Source: a virus
Strand: one strand, 5' to 3'
Length of the DNA stretch: 64,000 nt
IMG/VR virus record: IMGVR_UViG_3300023174_000129
Coordinates: 19,221 to 83,220 of that record
Of the stretch, positions 59,381 through 64,000 are shown piece by piece; the stretch's first letter is position 1; every line of letters begins with the position of its first letter. A model generated the notes under the pieces. That model saw only the letters and a program-made list of their open reading frames with translations. It had not been told where the DNA came from and did no database searches. Made by a program: the position numbers and the translations under genes.

Positions 59381-59670
59381 AAAATAACTATTTCTTCTAA
59401 TTTTAATAAATTATTCATTTCATGTTCCATTAATCTTAATGAACCATTTTCTATAGAACTATATAAATCATCTTTTATAAGAACTTCTATAATATCACCA
59501 ATTGGACGATCGTATTCATAAGGAACTTCGGTATCTAATTCTCTCTTTTTGTATATTGAATCAATATATTTTTTATGTTGTTCTTTATATTCATGTAAAG
59601 AGCAACCATCTGGTCTGACACCCCATCCTCTTTCGGATTCTTCCCAATATTGTAAAAATACTTTTTTCAT
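59377..59670 (-). CDS. Hypothetical phage protein
   Basis: WEESERGWGVRPDGCSLH; start at 59670, after TTTG-N20-TATTTTTG. Confidence 0.75.
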   Translation of the reverse strand: MKKVFLQYWEESERGWGVRPDGCSLHEYKEQHKKYIDSIYKKRELDTEVPYEYDRPIGDIIEVLIKDDLYSSIENGSLRLMEHEMNNLLKLEEIVIL

Positions 59671-59748
59671 AATTTTATTTTTTTCAAAAATAAGAAAAAA
59701 AATTAAAATTATCAAATTTTTAAAAAATATATAAATAAAAATACAATT

Positions 59749-59916
59749 ATGGCAAAAGCAAGAAAATCAAAACCTTATAAAACAAACCGTTCTAATCAAG
59801 TTAAAAGATTAAAACTTATAATTAAAAATCAAGAATTATTAAAAAAATTGCGTTCTGTTTCGCAATCACCAGAACCAGTATTTACTGACATTCGATTCCT
59901 TACGGGAATAGAGTAA
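59749..59916 (+). CDS. Small basic protein, 55 aa (not in ORF track)
   Basis: MAKARKSKPYKTNRSNQVKRLKL...; AATATATAAATA upstream and a terminator downstream. Confidence 0.55.
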   Translation: MAKARKSKPYKTNRSNQVKRLKLIIKNQELLKKLRSVSQSPEPVFTDIRFLTGIE

Positions 59917-59959
59917 ATTATATAATAAAAATGCACGAAAATTATATTTTCGTGCATTT

Positions 59960-60331
59960 TTAAATCGAATGTAATCCTTGCCCATCATTTGAGCCTTCTA
60001 AACTTATTAATTTAATTTTATGTTCCGCGTCACCTTTCTTTTTATAAAGTTGATTAAAACCTTTGGCGAGCCCTCTTTTAAATATTTCGGTAAAATAAGC
60101 AAAAGCATTACCATCAGATTTTTCTTCATTAAAATTATACCAATTATCAAACATATCTAATAATCCAGATTGATAACAATCCCATTTATCATCGTTTGAC
60201 CAGTAACGCATTTTTTTAATTGTTTTCTTGGCTAATAATTCTAACATTAATTTAGCATCTTTGGTAAGTTTTCCTTGTGCTTTACTTACAACTATTTCAA
60301 CATATAAATCTTTATTATGGAGATAATTCAT
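59960..60331 (-). CDS. Late-transcription sigma factor (T4 gp55-like)
   Basis: YLHNKDL, NFNEEKS..NAFAYFTEI motifs of gp55 homologues; 123 aa. Confidence 0.8.
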   Translation of the reverse strand: MNYLHNKDLYVEIVVSKAQGKLTKDAKLMLELLAKKTIKKMRYWSNDDKWDCYQSGLLDMFDNWYNFNEEKSDGNAFAYFTEIFKRGLAKGFNQLYKKKGDAEHKIKLISLEGSNDGQGLHSI

Positions 60332-60397
60332 TTTAAAATATTTTTTTGGTTTATATAAAATAATTTCAATAAGGTTTCAAATAAAAAAAGCCAATTA

Positions 60398-60679
60398 TTA
60401 AATTAGCTTTTTTATTTTTAATTCTAAATCGCCGTCACCTTTTATTATACGATGCCAAACCATTTTTTCTATAAAAATTTTTTTATCAAATTTTTCTGGT
60501 AATTTATTTTCTCTTTGAAATAACCAATTTGTTTGATGTGTACATTCTATTAATCTATCTTCTAAATCTCTATGCCATGTAAGTTCTTTTGAATCTGTTT
60601 CTGATTTAAATAAGCGAATATTAAATCCATTTTCTATTTTTTCTTCAAATGGATAATCATAGTTATTATTCTTCTTCAT
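60398..60679 (-). CDS. Cupin-like small protein
   Basis: WHRD..DR and WHRIIKG motifs. Confidence 0.6.
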   Translation of the reverse strand: MKKNNNYDYPFEEKIENGFNIRLFKSETDSKELTWHRDLEDRLIECTHQTNWLFQRENKLPEKFDKKIFIEKMVWHRIIKGDGDLELKIKKLI

Positions 60680-61058
60680 AATTTTCTTCTTCGTCAAAAT
60701 TTCCATCTTCTAAACTATAATCTTCTACATCTTCATTATCATCATCTTGCATTATTTCTACCATGTCTAATTCTTCATCATTTTCTAAATCATGATCAGT
60801 TTCAGTATTATTAATTAAAAAATCAAAAACTTGTTCAACATTAACTTTTGCCACTGCAATATGATCTGCTGCCCAATCATGCCCACTGTCAAGAATTTCA
60901 TCTACTTCAGTTTCATCGAGTTTTAATAACTCATCAACTAATCTTTTTATAGTTTTAAGATTTTCGAAAAACATATAATTTTGTTCTTCATGATCAATAT
61001 CCATCATATTGTCATCATTTAGATTTTCATTAAATTGTGAAAAATTTTTTAATTTCAT
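60666..61058 (-). CDS. Acidic hypothetical protein with CTS-like leader
   Basis: MKLKNFSQFNE; GHDWAADHI motif. Confidence 0.7.
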   Translation of the reverse strand: MKLKNFSQFNENLNDDNMMDIDHEEQNYMFFENLKTIKRLVDELLKLDETEVDEILDSGHDWAADHIAVAKVNVEQVFDFLINNTETDHDLENDEELDMVEIMQDDDNEDVEDYSLEDGNFDEEENYEEE

Positions 61059-61076
61059 TTTTAAAAATTATTTTTA

Positions 61077-61655
61077 TTATATATTAATTTTTTTATAACT
61101 AAAGTCATTATATCTTTTATTTGGCATATCTACTTCATATATACTATCTATTTTTATATCTTCGCCATTAAAAATTATATAACAAATATCTCGAATACCA
61201 AGATCAAAAGATTCATCCCAAAATTTCAAAGAGTTGAAATTTTTACTTTTTGCATCTTCTATAAGAGGTAAATAATTATTATCAGTAAGTGTATAAGCAG
61301 GTCCTGGATATAAACCTCTTTCTTTATATCTATTTGAAGCTTCTTTCCCGTATAATTCTTCTATCAAATTGTTTATAAAATAATCTGTACCCATAATATA
61401 AGGACCTCCTTTTCCTATATCTCCTTTAGAATTTGACATTCTACTCGGATTTTCAATAAATTCAAATGGATTTAAATTAACACTAACTTTATATAATAAA
61501 CCACCATGATTAAAAGCATATGTAGTTGCAATATAGTCATTTTCCGAAAAGAACTGATTATCTTTAAATTTTATAAATGGTTTCATAGAATCAGAACCAT
61601 GATACAAAATCTTTTCTTTTAAAATTATTTCATTATATTCCTTTAAATATTTCAT
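61077..61655 (-). CDS. ART-like domain protein with CTS-like leader
   Basis: MKYLKEYNE; LYHGS...FFSEN..IA..YA...LYKV pattern. Confidence 0.6.
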   Translation of the reverse strand: MKYLKEYNEIILKEKILYHGSDSMKPFIKFKDNQFFSENDYIATTYAFNHGGLLYKVSVNLNPFEFIENPSRMSNSKGDIGKGGPYIMGTDYFINNLIEELYGKEASNRYKERGLYPGPAYTLTDNNYLPLIEDAKSKNFNSLKFWDESFDLGIRDICYIIFNGEDIKIDSIYEVDMPNKRYNDFSYKKINI

Positions 61656-61658
61656 TAA

Positions 61659-62828
61659 TTATATATAAAAATAAGTTTTATAATTCTTAGCCTTTAGCCT
61701 ATATCTAATTAATTGTCTATCTATGTCAGTTTTTCTAACTGCTTCTGCAATTGATTCATATGTTATACCGTCAATAGAAATTTTCTTTAATTTTTGTGGT
61801 CCAGTTTCTTTTAATTCAATATCTTTATTTAAATAAAACCAATTAGTATAAGATTTTGAATTTAATCGCCAAGTAATATAATCATGTGTTTTATTTAATT
61901 TGGTGGCAGCTTCTGTTATTGAATTATAAATAACATCATTTATAGAAATTCTTTCTTTTTTAGAATCCTCTTTTATAATATATTTGCCATTTTTAACATT
62001 TAAGATATCATCTGAATATAAATAATTTGGAAAATTATTAGAAATCAATCTAAATCCTATTGTTGTTATTTTAATACCTGTTATTTCGCAGCATTCTTTT
62101 ATAGAATTATACTCAACACCATCAACTATAACTTTTTTTTCTTTTGTCTTTTTTTCGACATCTATAATTTCTTTCTTCTTTCTATTTTTACCAAATATAA
62201 ATTTCAAATCTTGTCCGAAGAAATTATAGAAACCTTCTGCATTTTTTAAAAAATTATCAGCAACTCTTTTTTTGATTAATTTTAGTTCATCTATATAATT
62301 ATGAATTTTACCATCTTTTATTTCCTCTCTAATAAATTGGCATCTTTTTATTAATTCTTCTCGTTTATTATCAAAAAATAATTTTCGTCTTTGGTTAGAT
62401 TCATCCGAAAAAATTGATAAATTCATTTTTGATTTTAACTTTTCTTTATATTCTTTTGCTTTTTCTTCACCAAAAGCTTCTTCATATGTTTTGCCTTTGA
62501 CTAAACTACTATTTGATATTTTTTCTTTGATGATGTCTAAATTGGGATTATTAGATAATGTATCACCTCCATCTCCTCCTTTTGATATATTATAGCCTAT
62601 TTCTATATTTGTAGAATTAAAATTTTCAATCCAATACTTTTCTTTTATAGATAAATCTTCGTAATTATCTGTTTCATCTAAAATTTCTTTCTTGAAATTT
62701 TCTATACCATACTTTTTTATAGCTCTTCTGATCAGTAAGCCGGACCCAAAATAATTTTGATCCGAAGTTGTATCTTTACCTATGTAAATTTTATTGTTAA
62801 TTAAATTTGTAATTTTGTAGATTTGCAT
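61659..62828 (-). CDS. GIY-YIG homing endonuclease with NUMOD1-like repeats
   Basis: IYKITNLINNKIYIG, YFGSG, GYNISKGGDGG, repeated IDG..Y.SI.EA. Confidence 0.9.
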   Translation of the reverse strand: MQIYKITNLINNKIYIGKDTTSDQNYFGSGLLIRRAIKKYGIENFKKEILDETDNYEDLSIKEKYWIENFNSTNIEIGYNISKGGDGGDTLSNNPNLDIIKEKISNSSLVKGKTYEEAFGEEKAKEYKEKLKSKMNLSIFSDESNQRRKLFFDNKREELIKRCQFIREEIKDGKIHNYIDELKLIKKRVADNFLKNAEGFYNFFGQDLKFIFGKNRKKKEIIDVEKKTKEKKVIVDGVEYNSIKECCEITGIKITTIGFRLISNNFPNYLYSDDILNVKNGKYIIKEDSKKERISINDVIYNSITEAATKLNKTHDYITWRLNSKSYTNWFYLNKDIELKETGPQKLKKISIDGITYESIAEAVRKTDIDRQLIRYRLKAKNYKTYFYI

Positions 62829-62892
62829 TTTGTTTATTATAGAACAAATTTTCTATTTGTTACCATTATATATTAAAATACCCGTTGCTTCT

Positions 62893-63489
62893 CTACCAAA
62901 ATCCGGAATAGGAGCCGGAGTATAAATTTTTATACCTGGGTATGCGACACGCCCAATAACCAGCAGTCATTTTATCAGTTTTTTGTGAGCATTTATGTCG
63001 AGCAACAAAAGATTTTCTCGCAGCAGGATTATTTATTTTAGTTGTTAAACCACCTTTAAGATCACCAAAATTAATTTTTTTAATATTTCCTGTTTTAGGA
63101 TTTCTAACATAAACTTGATATTTTTTTGGACCTGAACTTCTTGTTGGATGATTTAATTGGGGATGAGATTTCTTTGATTTTGCTTTTTCATCAAGTGACT
63201 CTAATTCCTCATTAATCGCTTCATCTTCAAATGGAAAATCAAGAGCAACTAATTTACCTTCAAATTCTGCAAATTTGCCAATATCAGTTGTTTCAAATAA
63301 TTCTTTATCTAAATCACTAAATTCAGCATGTCCGTTATCATATAAATTTCTTGACTCTTGTAATAAAGAAAAAAATGAATCAGAACCAGGTCTAAATATA
63401 TTTTCCAAAATAGAAAGTTTGTTATCAATATGATATTGTAAATTTTCACTTACTTTTCCATATGAATTGAAATCTTTTAAATGTATCAT
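62893..63489 (-). CDS. Conserved T4-like phage protein with CTS-like leader
   Basis: MIHLKDFNSY; C-terminal KK..FGD...ARKSF.ARHKC...AGYWAC. Confidence 0.7.
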   Translation of the reverse strand: MIHLKDFNSYGKVSENLQYHIDNKLSILENIFRPGSDSFFSLLQESRNLYDNGHAEFSDLDKELFETTDIGKFAEFEGKLVALDFPFEDEAINEELESLDEKAKSKKSHPQLNHPTRSSGPKKYQVYVRNPKTGNIKKINFGDLKGGLTTKINNPAARKSFVARHKCSQKTDKMTAGYWACRIPRYKNLYSGSYSGFW

Positions 63490-63563
63490 TTCAAATTAAT
63501 TTTTAGGTATATATTAAATTAAAAAGCCCCATATATGGGGCTTTTTATAAAACAAAATTTTAA

Positions 63564-64000
63564 TTATAATTTTACTCTTTCTTTATATTGCAATTCTTTA
63601 ATTGCTTGTAATTCTTCATTTAATATTTTCTTTCTAGCTGTTAAATTAACCATTGCTGTAGAAAGAACCTCTGATTCACCAATATATTTAATAGAAGCTT
63701 CTAATTTTGAAATATTAAAATCTAAATCTTCCAATTTAATTGAAATTTCTCTTTCTTTATCTTCCAATTTTCTTTTAACAATCATTTCTTTATCTAATTT
63801 ATTTTCATAAAAGAAAGTTAAATCGTAATTTAATTCATTTTTAACTTCATTTACTAATTCTAAAGCTGATTCATATTTAAAGAATGAATTACCATATCTT
63901 TCATCACATCTATATAAATAAGTTGCATTTTTATAATTAAATGCGAAACATTCTAAATAAGGATTGATTAAATTATTAACTCTTTTAACAACATCTAATT
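63564..64000 (-). CDS. 3' end of a longer gene (runs off window end)
   Basis: The frame of track ORF 63564..63785 stays open to the window end. Confidence 0.8.
   Translation of the reverse strand, partial: LDVVKRVNNLINPYLECFAFNYKNATYLYRCDERYGNSFFKYESALELVNEVKNELNYDLTFFYENKLDKEMIVKRKLEDKEREISIKLEDLDFNISKLEASIKYIGESEVLSTAMVNLTARKKILNEELQAIKELQYKERVKL

Noticed and set aside
1-64000. Stop-codon reassignment as in some jumbo phages
   Set aside because: Core genes are full length and coding density is high under the standard code.

Overview
A very AT-rich segment of a large T4-like (jumbo) myophage genome. The host is probably Bacteroidota, because TTTG-N19/20-TAnnTTTG promoters recur. Replication and nucleotide genes: nrdA (partial), gp41-like helicase, DinG-like helicase, a family B DNA polymerase lacking its C-terminal catalytic motifs, and a PolA-like palm protein. 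Head module: gp23 capsid, a gp21 protease-scaffold fusion, gp20 portal, gp2, gp4 and a gp55-like late sigma. Other genes: purM, rpiB, agmatinase, two catalytic-only class II aaRS paralogues, six DNA methyltransferases with one putative restriction endonuclease, three GIY-YIG homing endonucleases and a tmRNA with an unusually long 27-residue tag. Two structures stand out. (1) About a dozen unrelated ORFs, including ADP-ribosyltransferase-fold, GNAT and hydrolase proteins, share an N-terminal leader resembling the T4 capsid-targeting sequence, and most lie just downstream of a (TA)ATATATA late-type promoter. This suggests a virion-packaged effector arsenal. (2) A 4.76 kb IS1595-family cargo transposon (27-bp TIRs, 8-bp TSD) splits one of those genes. 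It carries a structured ncRNA candidate and cargo genes under phage-type promoters. All protein calls come from motif recognition by eye; no database search was run.
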